Assembly (NCBI GenBank): GCA_002427735.1
Contig: DIYP01000007.1
Span: 629,049 to 693,048 of the forward strand
DNA from: Flavobacteriales bacterium UBA6051
GTDB lineage: Bacteria > Bacteroidota > Bacteroidia > Flavobacteriales_D > Crocinitomicaceae
Direction: 5' to 3'
DNA: 64,000 bases
Notes under the pieces: model-generated
The model's input: the letters and a program-made list of their open reading frames with translations, nothing else
What the model was told of the DNA's origin: nothing
Database searches by the model: none
Shown: one piece after another, positions 28,785-38,031 of the stretch
Layout of the letters: every line of letters starts with the position of its first letter
Position numbering within the stretch: the stretch's first letter is position 1
Position numbers and translations under genes: made by a program

Positions 28785-28819
28785 AAAGTCGGGTATTCTG
28801 CTCGACTTTTGCTTTTTTG
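28785..28819 (+). terminator. Intrinsic terminator
   Basis: AAAGTCG (28785-28791) pairs with CGACTTT (28803-28809), with an 11-nt loop, then the T-rich tract TTTGCTTTTTTG. Confidence 0.65.
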
Positions 28820-28930
28820 CTAATTCGGGAATGCAATAGTATGCTTCACTGATGTCCAAATATCCTTGCTGATCCATCAGAGGAATGCTATTTTTAAAGC
28901 ACCAAGTGAACCAGGACTTTCATTGGATCA

Positions 28931-29737
28931 ATGATCAAAAACAACTACATCGTAAAATATTGGGTGCTAGAGAATAGTTCTCCACTGCTCAAGCATTCCA
29001 CTGGTACACTCATAGGTGATGGGCGTTTTGAATTGATCTTTGTTTCAGGAAATGGTTACAAGACTATTCGCGGAGACCGAGTTGAAACAATTCGACCTGG
29101 GATTTACATTGGAGGTCAAATGGATGCCCCAATGGAACTGGAAATTGATCCCGCAACCACACTTTATGCATTAAAACTAGAACCGTGGGCCGCTCAATTG
29201 CTTTCCGGTTTTGATTTCAGAGAAGCGCTGAACAAAACAGTCGACTTGCAACATATAAACGCTACCCTTTATAAAGAATTGAATGCTTACGACCCTTCGA
29301 ATCAAATGGAGCAAATTATCGAAAAACTATTGATTCATTTCGAGAACGCCAAAGCCTTTGCGAAGGATGAAAAAATCATCAATGCCTGTTGTAAAATATT
29401 AGACACAGGATATATTGATTTCAAGCAATCCAGAGATCATTATTTGCTTTCCACCAATCTTACATCTAGAAGTATCGAAAATAAGTTCAAGCACGCTCTT
29501 GGCGTTACACCGCAACAGTATGCCAATGGAATCCGGTTGAGACGCATTTCAGAGGCCATCAAACTTCAGCCAAAGTTTGAAAATTTTACAGAATTGAGCT
29601 ATTCGCATGGGTTTTATGACCAAGCACATTTCAATCGTGTATTTAAGAATTACTGGGGGTTTGCACCCAAAATGCTTCCGAATGAGGAGGTATTTATTAC
29701 GGACAGTAAAGAGCGATTTCGTTATTATACAATTTAG
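28931..29737 (+). CDS. AraC-family transcriptional regulator
   Basis: C-terminal double HTH: GVTPQQYANGIRLRR..., YSHGFYDQAHFNRVFKNYWGFAP. Confidence 0.8.
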   Translation: MIKNNYIVKYWVLENSSPLLKHSTGTLIGDGRFELIFVSGNGYKTIRGDRVETIRPGIYIGGQMDAPMELEIDPATTLYALKLEPWAAQLLSGFDFREALNKTVDLQHINATLYKELNAYDPSNQMEQIIEKLLIHFENAKAFAKDEKIINACCKILDTGYIDFKQSRDHYLLSTNLTSRSIENKFKHALGVTPQQYANGIRLRRISEAIKLQPKFENFTELSYSHGFYDQAHFNRVFKNYWGFAPKMLPNEEVFITDSKERFRYYTI

Positions 29738-29766
29738 TGAGTTCGATAGACTTTAGATTTGTATTC

Positions 29767-30840
29767 ATGAAAGCAAATTATTTAGGAATACTCGCTATCT
29801 CGATGCTCCTCCTTTCTGGCAAATGCCAAACAGAAAGCTTGGAAGAAGATACTTCGGCGATCATCATCATTGAACAAACGGATGAACCTTATCGGAATGG
29901 TTATGCCCATGGTAGTCAACTAAAAATGGAAGTTTCCCTACAAATAAATCAATGGGAAAAAGGAATTACAAGTGAGTTAAATATTACAAGAGATAGTATG
30001 CTTGCTATCATCTATGAGCACTCAGGTTTTTTGAATAGCATCAAAGCAAACACTCCCGATCTGTTACAAGAAATTTACGGTATAGCTGATGGCGCTCAAT
30101 TGGATAGAGACCTGGTACTGGCCTACAACCTAGGAGAAGAAATCTATAATTTCTGTACGGCAAACTTTGAACGCTGCTCCAATATTGCATACTCTAAAAA
30201 TGGAGAGCATCACCTCGCCTACAATCAGGATTTACCTCATTTTTTGCACGGAAATAACCAGATTATTGTCCTCCAGCATGAAGAATATGCAGTATTTACA
30301 ATGCCCGGATTTATCGGACTAAGTGGAGTTGGCAGCGAAATAGCAGTAAGTTGTAATTCTCTTCCTATGCTAAGAATGAATAAAGATGGCCTGCCACTTT
30401 CATTTTTTATTCGTCAAATATTCGAGTTGAATAACCCTGATCGTGCCAAAGATTGGATTAACCATACCCCCATGGCTATTGGTCAAAATCTGATGATGCT
30501 ATCGCGAAAGGGAATCATGAATGTTGAACTTTCACTCAACCAGATTCAATGGACTGAGGAAGAATCAGATGGTTTTTATCGACATACAAACTTTCCACTT
30601 GAAAACACAGATTACAAGAATCAAGCATACACAACACCAGTTTGCAAGCGCTATGCATACTTTCAAAACATTGAAGACGATACTGAAAAAGAATCCAACT
30701 TCTTACGAAGAATCTGCACGGAAGAACCAATTACAAATGACGAGACTTTTCTCCGCTTCATTGCCAAATACTCACAAAACGAAGTTGTAATAGAACTTAT
30801 TAACCCAATAAGTAATGCTAACTGGAATACTTCTTATTAA
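29767..30840 (+). CDS. Peptidase C45 / acyl-CoA:6-aminopenicillanic-acid acyltransferase-like Ntn-hydrolase family protein (tentative)
   Basis: The ATG at 29767 gives a signal peptide (MKANYLGILAISMLLLSG). An internal Cys context (FERCSNIAY) and GFIGLSGVGSEIAVSCNSL resemble the C45/AAT family. Confidence 0.45.
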   Translation: MKANYLGILAISMLLLSGKCQTESLEEDTSAIIIIEQTDEPYRNGYAHGSQLKMEVSLQINQWEKGITSELNITRDSMLAIIYEHSGFLNSIKANTPDLLQEIYGIADGAQLDRDLVLAYNLGEEIYNFCTANFERCSNIAYSKNGEHHLAYNQDLPHFLHGNNQIIVLQHEEYAVFTMPGFIGLSGVGSEIAVSCNSLPMLRMNKDGLPLSFFIRQIFELNNPDRAKDWINHTPMAIGQNLMMLSRKGIMNVELSLNQIQWTEEESDGFYRHTNFPLENTDYKNQAYTTPVCKRYAYFQNIEDDTEKESNFLRRICTEEPITNDETFLRFIAKYSQNEVVIELINPISNANWNTSY

Positions 30841-30853
30841 TCCTATTTCACAT

Positions 30854-32869
30854 ATGAAAACACATATAATTACTTTTCTTTTCTTGACAACCTTTGGAAT
30901 TAGTCTTAGTGCACATGAAAATGCCATAGCGATTCCTGCGACGAATATTGAAATCGATGGTTCAATCGATGATTGGCCAGAAGCTGCTAATTGGTACAAC
31001 ATATCCCATTATTACGGCACTCCACTTAATTCAGGTGAAGACTTTGAAGCTTGGTTTTCGTGTATCTACGATGACAGCAAACACGAATTTTATATCGCTG
31101 TTCGCGTTCTCGATGATGAATTCACGAATAATGAAAAAGGATTTGACGGAACGCAAGATCACATGCTATTGTACTTTGACCTTGCCCATAGAATAGGTGG
31201 AGGGTCTCCTATATACTGCACAGGAGCAGACCGATTAATTCAAGTACACCACAAACCAGGCAATTTTGATCCATCCAACAGAAGTTTGGATGAAAACTCC
31301 ATTGAAATGGTCCGAGGTCGCAATGGCAACCTATCTGTTTACGAATGGAGAATTAAAACAGAAAAGTCTCTCGAACCCAATACTGTATTTGGCCTCGATT
31401 TTATGATTATTGATTATGATCATTCGGGAATGGATGAGGACATACGACTTTGGAGAGATGGCTTCGGTAAAAGCTTTGGTAGTCAAAAACTCGGTGATGT
31501 AGTGCTCGTTGATGAAAACACCGAAATGGGAAAGATCCAAGGAAAAATTGACTTCTCCGAATTGGAGCCGGCCGAGCGCATTCGCTCAATTGATATCGTC
31601 TCAGATCAACATCCTGAAAGGTGGATGAAAGCCTCAGTCGACTCCTTAGGCAATTTTAGCACGTTCTTACCAACCGGCACCTACCAATTTAATCCTAGTC
31701 AACACTATACTTCACCTATATCATCTTCTGGGTTTAGTCAAAATACGCGACGATTCGAATATAAGAACATCGGTAAGTTTGAAGTACTGGCAAACCAAAC
31801 AACCAATACAACAACCATCGAAATCAGTGTATTAGCCAGACCAGAAATCAGTTCAGGGAATGTTAAAGGACTTCCCATTGAAAATGTTAGCGAAGCAGAA
31901 ATAGACAGTTTTATCACTACCTGGAAAAACTATTTTGAAATCCCCGCAGTTTCCGTAGTGGTCATTAAGAATAACAAGGTGTTTTTCGATAAAACCTTTG
32001 GGACAAAAAATAACCTGACGCAAGAATCTGTCGATAGTCGAACACTTTTTGAAGCGGCTTCTATAACCAAATCAGTATTTGCAACAATGGTCCTCCGACT
32101 GGCAGAGCGCGAGATCATCGACCTTGACAAACCACTTCATGAGTACCTACCCTTTCCTAATCTCGAGCACGACGAACGCTCAAAGCTTCTTACAGCACGA
32201 ATAATACTTGGGCACCAATCCGGCTTACCTAATTGGGCTTGGGCGGGACCTGGGACGTGGCAAGATGCTGGTAATATTGAATTAGGATTCACTCCAGGAA
32301 CAGAATTCGGTTATTCTGGTGAAGCTTTCAATTATCTCGGACGTGTCATTGAGCACATTACTGGTAAAAACCTTCAAACAATCTATAAGCAAGAAATTGA
32401 GAAACCATTTAAACTAAACAACTCCTATTTCTATTACACCGACGCACAGGAAGAACGCTTTGCGCTGGGTCATGTTCAACAATATGCACAAGTGAAAGGA
32501 AAAGAACGGATTGCCAGTCCTGCATCAAGCCTAAGTACGAATGCACATTTATTCAAGGGGTTTGTACTCGGGTTGATGAATGAGAGAGGATTAAAAAAGA
32601 GTTCATATGAATTGATTTACAATCCATACACTGTTCTAAAACCAGAGCAAAAGGTGTATGACCCGGAACTTGACCAGCACGTCTCGCATGGTTTTTTCGT
32701 ACAACAATCAGAGCACGGAAAACTCATCGCTCACGGCGGTAACAACGGCGACTATGACAGTAAATTTGCCTACAACCCAGACAAGAAATTTGCTTATATC
32801 GTCTTCACCAATAGTAATTTAGGAGATGAATTCATCCGGGCATTTGAAGAATTTTTATTAAAAAAATAA
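30854..32869 (+). CDS. Secreted serine hydrolase (beta-lactamase/PBP fold) with an N-terminal CBM9/DOMON-like domain
   Basis: The ATG at 30854 gives a signal peptide. The N-terminus (IEIDGSIDDWPEA, FYIAVRVLDDEF, GLDFMIIDYD) resembles family 9 carbohydrate-binding modules. The C-terminal half has SITK (S-x-x-K), YSGE and HGGNNG motifs of class C-like beta-lactamase-fold hydrolases. Confidence 0.75.
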   Translation: MKTHIITFLFLTTFGISLSAHENAIAIPATNIEIDGSIDDWPEAANWYNISHYYGTPLNSGEDFEAWFSCIYDDSKHEFYIAVRVLDDEFTNNEKGFDGTQDHMLLYFDLAHRIGGGSPIYCTGADRLIQVHHKPGNFDPSNRSLDENSIEMVRGRNGNLSVYEWRIKTEKSLEPNTVFGLDFMIIDYDHSGMDEDIRLWRDGFGKSFGSQKLGDVVLVDENTEMGKIQGKIDFSELEPAERIRSIDIVSDQHPERWMKASVDSLGNFSTFLPTGTYQFNPSQHYTSPISSSGFSQNTRRFEYKNIGKFEVLANQTTNTTTIEISVLARPEISSGNVKGLPIENVSEAEIDSFITTWKNYFEIPAVSVVVIKNNKVFFDKTFGTKNNLTQESVDSRTLFEAASITKSVFATMVLRLAEREIIDLDKPLHEYLPFPNLEHDERSKLLTARIILGHQSGLPNWAWAGPGTWQDAGNIELGFTPGTEFGYSGEAFNYLGRVIEHITGKNLQTIYKQEIEKPFKLNNSYFYYTDAQEERFALGHVQQYAQVKGKERIASPASSLSTNAHLFKGFVLGLMNERGLKKSSYELIYNPYTVLKPEQKVYDPELDQHVSHGFFVQQSEHGKLIAHGGNNGDYDSKFAYNPDKKFAYIVFTNSNLGDEFIRAFEEFLLKK

Positions 32870-32941
32870 AGTGCTTAATACCCCTGACATGTTCTGTCAA
32901 ATCACAAGCTAATTTCGCTGTGTAATTTAAAACCATACACA

Positions 32942-33316
32942 ATGAAAAATGCAATTAACTGGTTCGAAATCCCAGTAACTGATTTCGAGAGAGCACGTAA
33001 GTTTTATTCTACTGTACTTGGAGTTCAGATCGTTGAAGATCCCAATCATCAGGAAATGAAGTTTGGAATGATTCCTTTCGATATGGAGAATGGTGGAATT
33101 GGAGGAGCAATTGTTCAAGGTGAACACTTTAATCCTTCAATGGACGGTGCCGTTGTCTATTTAAATGGTGGCGACAATCTTTCTGAACCGTTATCAAGAG
33201 TTGAAATGGCAGGAGGAAAAGTAATCAACCCAAAGATGGCAATTGGTGAAAACGGGTTCATTGCTCATTTCATTGATACAGAAGGAAACAGAGTTGCTTT
33301 TCACTCATTCAACTAA
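32942..33316 (+). CDS. VOC (glyoxalase/bleomycin-resistance fold) family protein
   Basis: 124 aa. INWFEIPV.D..RA..FY..V.G and D.EGN..AFHS are typical of small VOC proteins. Confidence 0.8.
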   Translation: MKNAINWFEIPVTDFERARKFYSTVLGVQIVEDPNHQEMKFGMIPFDMENGGIGGAIVQGEHFNPSMDGAVVYLNGGDNLSEPLSRVEMAGGKVINPKMAIGENGFIAHFIDTEGNRVAFHSFN

Positions 33317-33367
33317 TTGAAAAAATGGATAGTGAGCCATTATTATGGTTCACTATCTTTGTTTCCA

Positions 33368-34069
33368 ATGTCACAGCTTTCTCGACTTATATCGATTCTT
33401 ACGCTTCTGAAATCAAAGCGTATGCTTACGGCCACTGAACTATCGGAGAAATTTGATGTCAGCGTGCGCACCATATACAGAGACGTCCGAAAACTAGAAG
33501 AATCTGGTGTTCCCGTTATCACCATCGACGGGAAAGGGTATACACTTATGGAAGGGTATACGGTGGCTCCGGTGCAATTTACAGAAGCACAAGCCAACGC
33601 TCTCATTACCGCTCAGTTGTTGGTCGACCAAGTAGAGGATGAATCCTTTAAAGAACACTTTGGAGAAGCTATGACGAAAATAAAATCTGTTTTTAAGTCC
33701 TCGGTGCTTGAGAAGTCAGAACTGCTCAGTGATAAAATCCATGTTTTTAGTGGAGGGTTTGAAAAACTGGAGAGTAACGCGCTGTCAGAAATGCAATTGG
33801 CAATTACCAACTTCAATTTTGTGGAAATCAATTATCAGAAAGCCAACGATCCCGAAGTTTCGTTCCGAAAAATTGAGCCATGCGCCATTTACTCTACTCG
33901 AAATAAATGGGTACTCATCGCTTGGTGTCATTTGAGAAAGGACTACCGCGCTTTTCGCATCGATCGAATTCTGCATTTCAAAGTGCTTCGGGAACAATTC
34001 GAAGACCGAAAATTTAAGATTCAAGAGTACTTCTACGCCTACCCTCGCCCTTCGTCTTCTGACAAGTAA
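33368..34069 (+). CDS. YafY-family transcriptional regulator (HTH + WYL domain)
   Basis: The ATG at 33368 gives MSQLSRLISILTLLKSKRMLTATELSEKFDVSVRTIYRDVRKLEESGVPV (DeoR-type HTH_11). A WYL-like segment follows (NKWVLIAWCHLRKDYRAFRIDRI). Confidence 0.8.
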   Translation: MSQLSRLISILTLLKSKRMLTATELSEKFDVSVRTIYRDVRKLEESGVPVITIDGKGYTLMEGYTVAPVQFTEAQANALITAQLLVDQVEDESFKEHFGEAMTKIKSVFKSSVLEKSELLSDKIHVFSGGFEKLESNALSEMQLAITNFNFVEINYQKANDPEVSFRKIEPCAIYSTRNKWVLIAWCHLRKDYRAFRIDRILHFKVLREQFEDRKFKIQEYFYAYPRPSSSDK

Positions 34070-34089
34070 TTATTGTATCTTGTTGTCAA

Positions 34090-34869
34090 ATGCAAGATTC
34101 ATCTTACAAAATTACTTCACTGGCTTCTGAAAGTTTGTCAAGCTTCGTCGATACAATTGCGTTATATGAATTCAATGATTCAGCACCTATACACTTAAAC
34201 CCTGACGGTCACTTTGAATTTATCTTCCAACTAGAAGGTCAATTCGAACAGCAATTGCTGAATACCGACGAATGGATCAAAAGACCTAGGCATTTTGTGG
34301 GAGGGCTTCACTCAACATCCTTTTTAATACGACCTGAGAACAAGAATGCTAAACTAATAAGCGTACGATTAAATGCTGCATATGCACGTCAGTTCATCCC
34401 TGAAAAGTTAAATGTATTCAGAAACAGGCTGGTAGATTTTCAAGATTTATTTGGTTCAGATAAATCCAAAATGCTTAACAACATTGATCAACATAGAACG
34501 ATTTCCTGTAATATTCAAGAAGTTGAACGATTTCTAAACGCCATTCGAAGGCCAAGTGAAGTTTCAATTGTTGATGCCGCTCTGCATGAAATACACTCGA
34601 CAAACGGACAACTATCAATTTCGAAACTGGTCGAACAGTCCAAACTAAGTCGCGCCCAGTTCAGGAAAAGGTTCAGTGAAGAAATTGGAATGAGCCCAAA
34701 GGAATACAGTAAAATTATCCGTTTTCAAGAGGTCAGTAATCAACTGAAAAATCGAAAAAAGCAGAAACTCTCTGATATCGCCTATGATTGCGGCTATTTT
34801 GACCAATCTCATTTCGTCCATGATTTCCGTTCAATTACGGGTGTATCTCCTAAACATTTCAGAGCCTGA
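34090..34869 (+). CDS. AraC-family transcriptional regulator
   Basis: C-terminal HTH pair: GMSPKEYSKIIRFQ..., YDCGYFDQSHFVHDFRSITGVSP. Confidence 0.8.
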   Translation: MQDSSYKITSLASESLSSFVDTIALYEFNDSAPIHLNPDGHFEFIFQLEGQFEQQLLNTDEWIKRPRHFVGGLHSTSFLIRPENKNAKLISVRLNAAYARQFIPEKLNVFRNRLVDFQDLFGSDKSKMLNNIDQHRTISCNIQEVERFLNAIRRPSEVSIVDAALHEIHSTNGQLSISKLVEQSKLSRAQFRKRFSEEIGMSPKEYSKIIRFQEVSNQLKNRKKQKLSDIAYDCGYFDQSHFVHDFRSITGVSPKHFRA

Positions 34870-34938
34870 GTTGAGGCATCAGCGTTTTCTACAATTTTTC
34901 CGGTTTGGATTTTTCTTACTTTAAACAAAAAAAGATTT

Positions 34939-35451
34939 ATGCGTTCTTCTATTCTTGGATTTTTCCTGTTCATCACGACTCTGGCTTTCAGTCAAAATAA
35001 CAAACCCTGTGCATGCTGTGACTCAGCTTTTCGACAATTCGATTTTTGGATTGGAACATGGGAAGTGTTTTTGGTAAATGAACAACGTGCAGGAAAAAAT
35101 ACCATAGAGTTAATTCAAGATAGTTGCGTTCTGAGAGAAAATTGGGTCGGAGCCGGAGGAACTACCGGTACCAGTTTTAGTTACTATGATTCTAAAACAA
35201 AGAAGTGGAATCAGTTATGGCTAGATAATGCAGGAACAAATCTATCGATGAGTGGCAATTTTAAGGACAATCAGATGGTTTTATTTACGGAAACAAAGTA
35301 CAGCACTAAAAATGACGTCTATTATAAAGACAGAATTACCTGGACAAAAAACGACAATGAAACAGTGAGGCAGCACTGGGAACGTACGGTAAATGAAGGG
35401 AAGACCTGGCAAACACTCTTTGACGGAACATACAAGCGGGTAGAAAACTAA
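34939..35451 (+). CDS. Secreted protein, unknown function
   Basis: 170 aa with a signal peptide (LAFSQ). I did not recognise any motif with confidence. Confidence 0.55.
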   Translation: MRSSILGFFLFITTLAFSQNNKPCACCDSAFRQFDFWIGTWEVFLVNEQRAGKNTIELIQDSCVLRENWVGAGGTTGTSFSYYDSKTKKWNQLWLDNAGTNLSMSGNFKDNQMVLFTETKYSTKNDVYYKDRITWTKNDNETVRQHWERTVNEGKTWQTLFDGTYKRVEN

Positions 35452-35509
35452 GAATATAGCACACTTCATATTTCGTAGATCATGTATCTTTGAATCGATT
35501 GCATGATCT

Positions 35510-36913
35510 ATGAAACAAAAGGCAATTTATGTTGTACTCCTTGCGTATCTAATTATAGCTGCGCTGACTATTGTTTACTTCAATGGGACAGGAGATGCAG
35601 GAGACAGTGTACATCACTACCTTTTTGCCAAATACGCCCCTTCTCACCCCAAATTGTTTTTTGACCATTGGGCAAAACCGGTATATGTTTTACTAGCCAG
35701 CGCATTTGCTCAATTCGGTTTCATTGGTATCAAAGTATTCAATGTGATTTTGACACTTGGATCCATCTATACAACCTTTCGAATAGCTCGGCATCTTAAA
35801 CTTAGCAACGCTGTCTCAGCCGCCGTTATTTACATCTTTGCTCCGCTTGTATTTGTGCTCACTTTTTCAGGTCTTACCGAACCTCTTTTTGCCTTATTTC
35901 TATCGTTGGGAGTACTATTTGCAATAAAGAACAAGTACTTAGTTGCTTGCTTGATCATTTCATTCTTGCCATTTATACGTTCAGAGGGCCTCATTTTTCT
36001 GGGAGTATTTGCTGTGTACTTTTTCTGGAACAAACAATGGAAGCTTATCCCTCAATTACTCTTCGGACACCTTTGCTATTCTATCGCCGGATACTTCGTC
36101 TATGGCGATTTGCTCTGGGTATTCAAAAAAATCCCCTATGCATCACTGAATAGCGTCTATGGTGAAGGAGGACTTTTTCATTATGTTGAACAACTGGTAT
36201 ACGTTGTAGGCATTCCCATCTATTTCCTTATTGGTATAGGAATTATCGGCCTTTTATGGAAAGCATTTAAGCGACAGATCAACTCGGAATTATTCATTTT
36301 AATACTTGGCGGTTTTCTGGCTTTTTTCGTCGCTCATACCCTATTCTGGTACTTAGGAATTTTCAATTCTATGGGACTCAAACGCGTATTTGTTGGAGTA
36401 ATGCCGCTTATGGCAATTTTAGCACTTATTGGATTAAACACACTTACAGAACCTGTCGTTATTCGCAAAAAGGCAATTGGAAGAGCAATACAATTGATAA
36501 TTGTTATTGCCGTTTGTGTTTTCCCCTTCACCTCCAACCCGGCAGCCGTCAAACCCGAAAGAGACTTATTGCTTTCAAAGGATCAATTGGTAGCTAATTC
36601 TATGGCTGATTATATCCAAGAAGAAATGGGAACAGAACATCGATTTATTCACATGCATCCATACCTAAGTCAAGCATTGGACATCGATCACTTCGACACA
36701 GAAAAACACATGGAAATGACGACCGCTATATTGAACGAATTGAGACCAGGAGACGTTTTGATTTGGGACAGCTGGTTTTGTGTCGTTGAACGTGGAATTT
36801 CTCTGGAAATGCTGGAAAAACATCCTTTACTTGCTTTAGTATATACAAAGGAGTTAAATGATGACAATGGAAACTCTCAGATGGTTATCTTCCGTTACGA
36901 TAAGACCGATTAA
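35510..36913 (+). CDS. Polytopic membrane protein, GT-C-like (possible ArnT/PMT-type glycosyltransferase)
   Basis: 467 aa with at least 10 hydrophobic helices. An early loop (GDAGDSVHHY) is reminiscent of GT-C enzymes. The function call is weak. Confidence 0.5.
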   Translation: MKQKAIYVVLLAYLIIAALTIVYFNGTGDAGDSVHHYLFAKYAPSHPKLFFDHWAKPVYVLLASAFAQFGFIGIKVFNVILTLGSIYTTFRIARHLKLSNAVSAAVIYIFAPLVFVLTFSGLTEPLFALFLSLGVLFAIKNKYLVACLIISFLPFIRSEGLIFLGVFAVYFFWNKQWKLIPQLLFGHLCYSIAGYFVYGDLLWVFKKIPYASLNSVYGEGGLFHYVEQLVYVVGIPIYFLIGIGIIGLLWKAFKRQINSELFILILGGFLAFFVAHTLFWYLGIFNSMGLKRVFVGVMPLMAILALIGLNTLTEPVVIRKKAIGRAIQLIIVIAVCVFPFTSNPAAVKPERDLLLSKDQLVANSMADYIQEEMGTEHRFIHMHPYLSQALDIDHFDTEKHMEMTTAILNELRPGDVLIWDSWFCVVERGISLEMLEKHPLLALVYTKELNDDNGNSQMVIFRYDKTD

Positions 36914-37941
36914 TAGAACTTGGAGTAACTGCTACTTCCAGTATTTCCAAGCATAAGTGTCAATACCAACTCATGCCCTCCGAAATTATAATTGATAAGT
37001 CTGGAAATACTGAAATCGTAAGAATAACCAATTTTGAACATGTCAGAAATTATGGCTCCAAACATCGGAATAATAGCATCCTTATGGCGATAAGAAAGCC
37101 CTAACCAAAAGCGCTGGTTAAATTCAAATTGAACAGATCCTTCAAAGGAAACCGGTGCGGGGCGCACATACTTTACAAGTAAAGCAGGTGTAACACTCAA
37201 CCTATTATTCACATCAATTTTGTATCCACCAGTAAAGAAAAAGTGCATTTGTGGATCAAAATTGATTGTTCGATTTCCAAATTTGACCAAATCTCCAGTG
37301 AGCTGATTTGCTGAAATCCCAGCGAAAATGCCCTTACCGTAAAAATACAGTCCAGCCTCCACATCCAATGTGTATTGCGCCCCTTGGTTTGCTGTGTAAG
37401 TACTATAGGTATTGTCCAAGCTTCCGGTATTTACCATGTTACTCAATACTTGTGCTTTTTCTGGGAGAAAACGGCGACTTGACACCCCAACGTTTGTTCC
37501 GAGAGATATGGTATAATCTCTAGTAAGCGGCAAATGAATGGCATAAGTTCCCATTGCCTTTAACGTTCGAAAAGGTCCATATTGATCAACGAGTAAATGC
37601 GCCCCGTAGGCATGGGTCAACTTTCCGCTCCGCATTGTTGGGTGTTTGACACTTTTATTACTTCTGCGAACCTTACCAAATGTTCTTTTCATAGAAGCTC
37701 CCTTCAATTTATCAGCTGGTGCAGAAAAGTACAAATAGGAAGTTCTCGGAGCATTCTCAAATCCAGTCCACTGCATCCTGCCACCAAGGGCAATACCAAC
37801 ATATTCGTAGGCACCTGTGGCACCCGGATTAATCATATACTGATTTTGAATATATTGACTGTATTGCGGTGTCTGCTGACCAAAACCAGTCAACACCAGA
37901 GCAAGTGTGCACAGCAACAAGATTCCTTTCATGGAGTGCAA
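36910..37941 (-). CDS. PorP/SprF-family T9SS outer-membrane protein
   Basis: It has a signal peptide. [22 protein letters not shown] fits the family N-terminal signature (Q.P.fSQY..N....NPA.aG). The rest has beta-barrel-like alternating sequence. Confidence 0.8.
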   Translation of the reverse strand: MHSMKGILLLCTLALVLTGFGQQTPQYSQYIQNQYMINPGATGAYEYVGIALGGRMQWTGFENAPRTSYLYFSAPADKLKGASMKRTFGKVRRSNKSVKHPTMRSGKLTHAYGAHLLVDQYGPFRTLKAMGTYAIHLPLTRDYTISLGTNVGVSSRRFLPEKAQVLSNMVNTGSLDNTYSTYTANQGAQYTLDVEAGLYFYGKGIFAGISANQLTGDLVKFGNRTINFDPQMHFFFTGGYKIDVNNRLSVTPALLVKYVRPAPVSFEGSVQFEFNQRFWLGLSYRHKDAIIPMFGAIISDMFKIGYSYDFSISRLINYNFGGHELVLTLMLGNTGSSSYSKFY

Positions 37942-38003
37942 AGATACGAAATATTGATCCGTTTATTCCTTAGTAGAGCAAAGGTTATCTATGAACAAAT
38001 CCC

Positions 38004-38011
38004 TACATTTG
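38004..38011 (+). promoter_or_regulatory. -7 promoter box TACATTTG upstream of prfC
   Basis: Exact TAnnTTTG match 20 nt upstream of the ATG at 38032. No clean -33 TTG is present. Confidence 0.4.
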
Positions 38012-38031
38012 CACTCGCAAAGTTAGACATC

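Noticed and set aside
28826-28890. A GGAATGC direct repeat (about 55 bp apart) upstream of the AraC gene, as possible AraC-type binding sites.
   Set aside because: There are only two 7-bp copies at a non-helical, long spacing. The chance expectation is too high to support a call from this sequence alone.
33368-34069. The WYL-domain regulator as a marker of a defence island (BrxR/CapW-like).
   Set aside because: Its neighbours are a VOC/glyoxalase protein, AraC regulators and hydrolases, the usual YafY-type context. No nuclease, helicase, cyclase or other defence effector is adjacent.
37597-38031. A 145-codon N-terminal extension of the prfC ORF (the ORF track starts at 37597).
   Set aside because: The extension lies antisense to the well-supported PorP/SprF gene and has no RF3 similarity. 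RF3 homology begins exactly at the ATG at 38032 ([25 protein letters not shown]), which is preceded by a TACATTTG -7 box.
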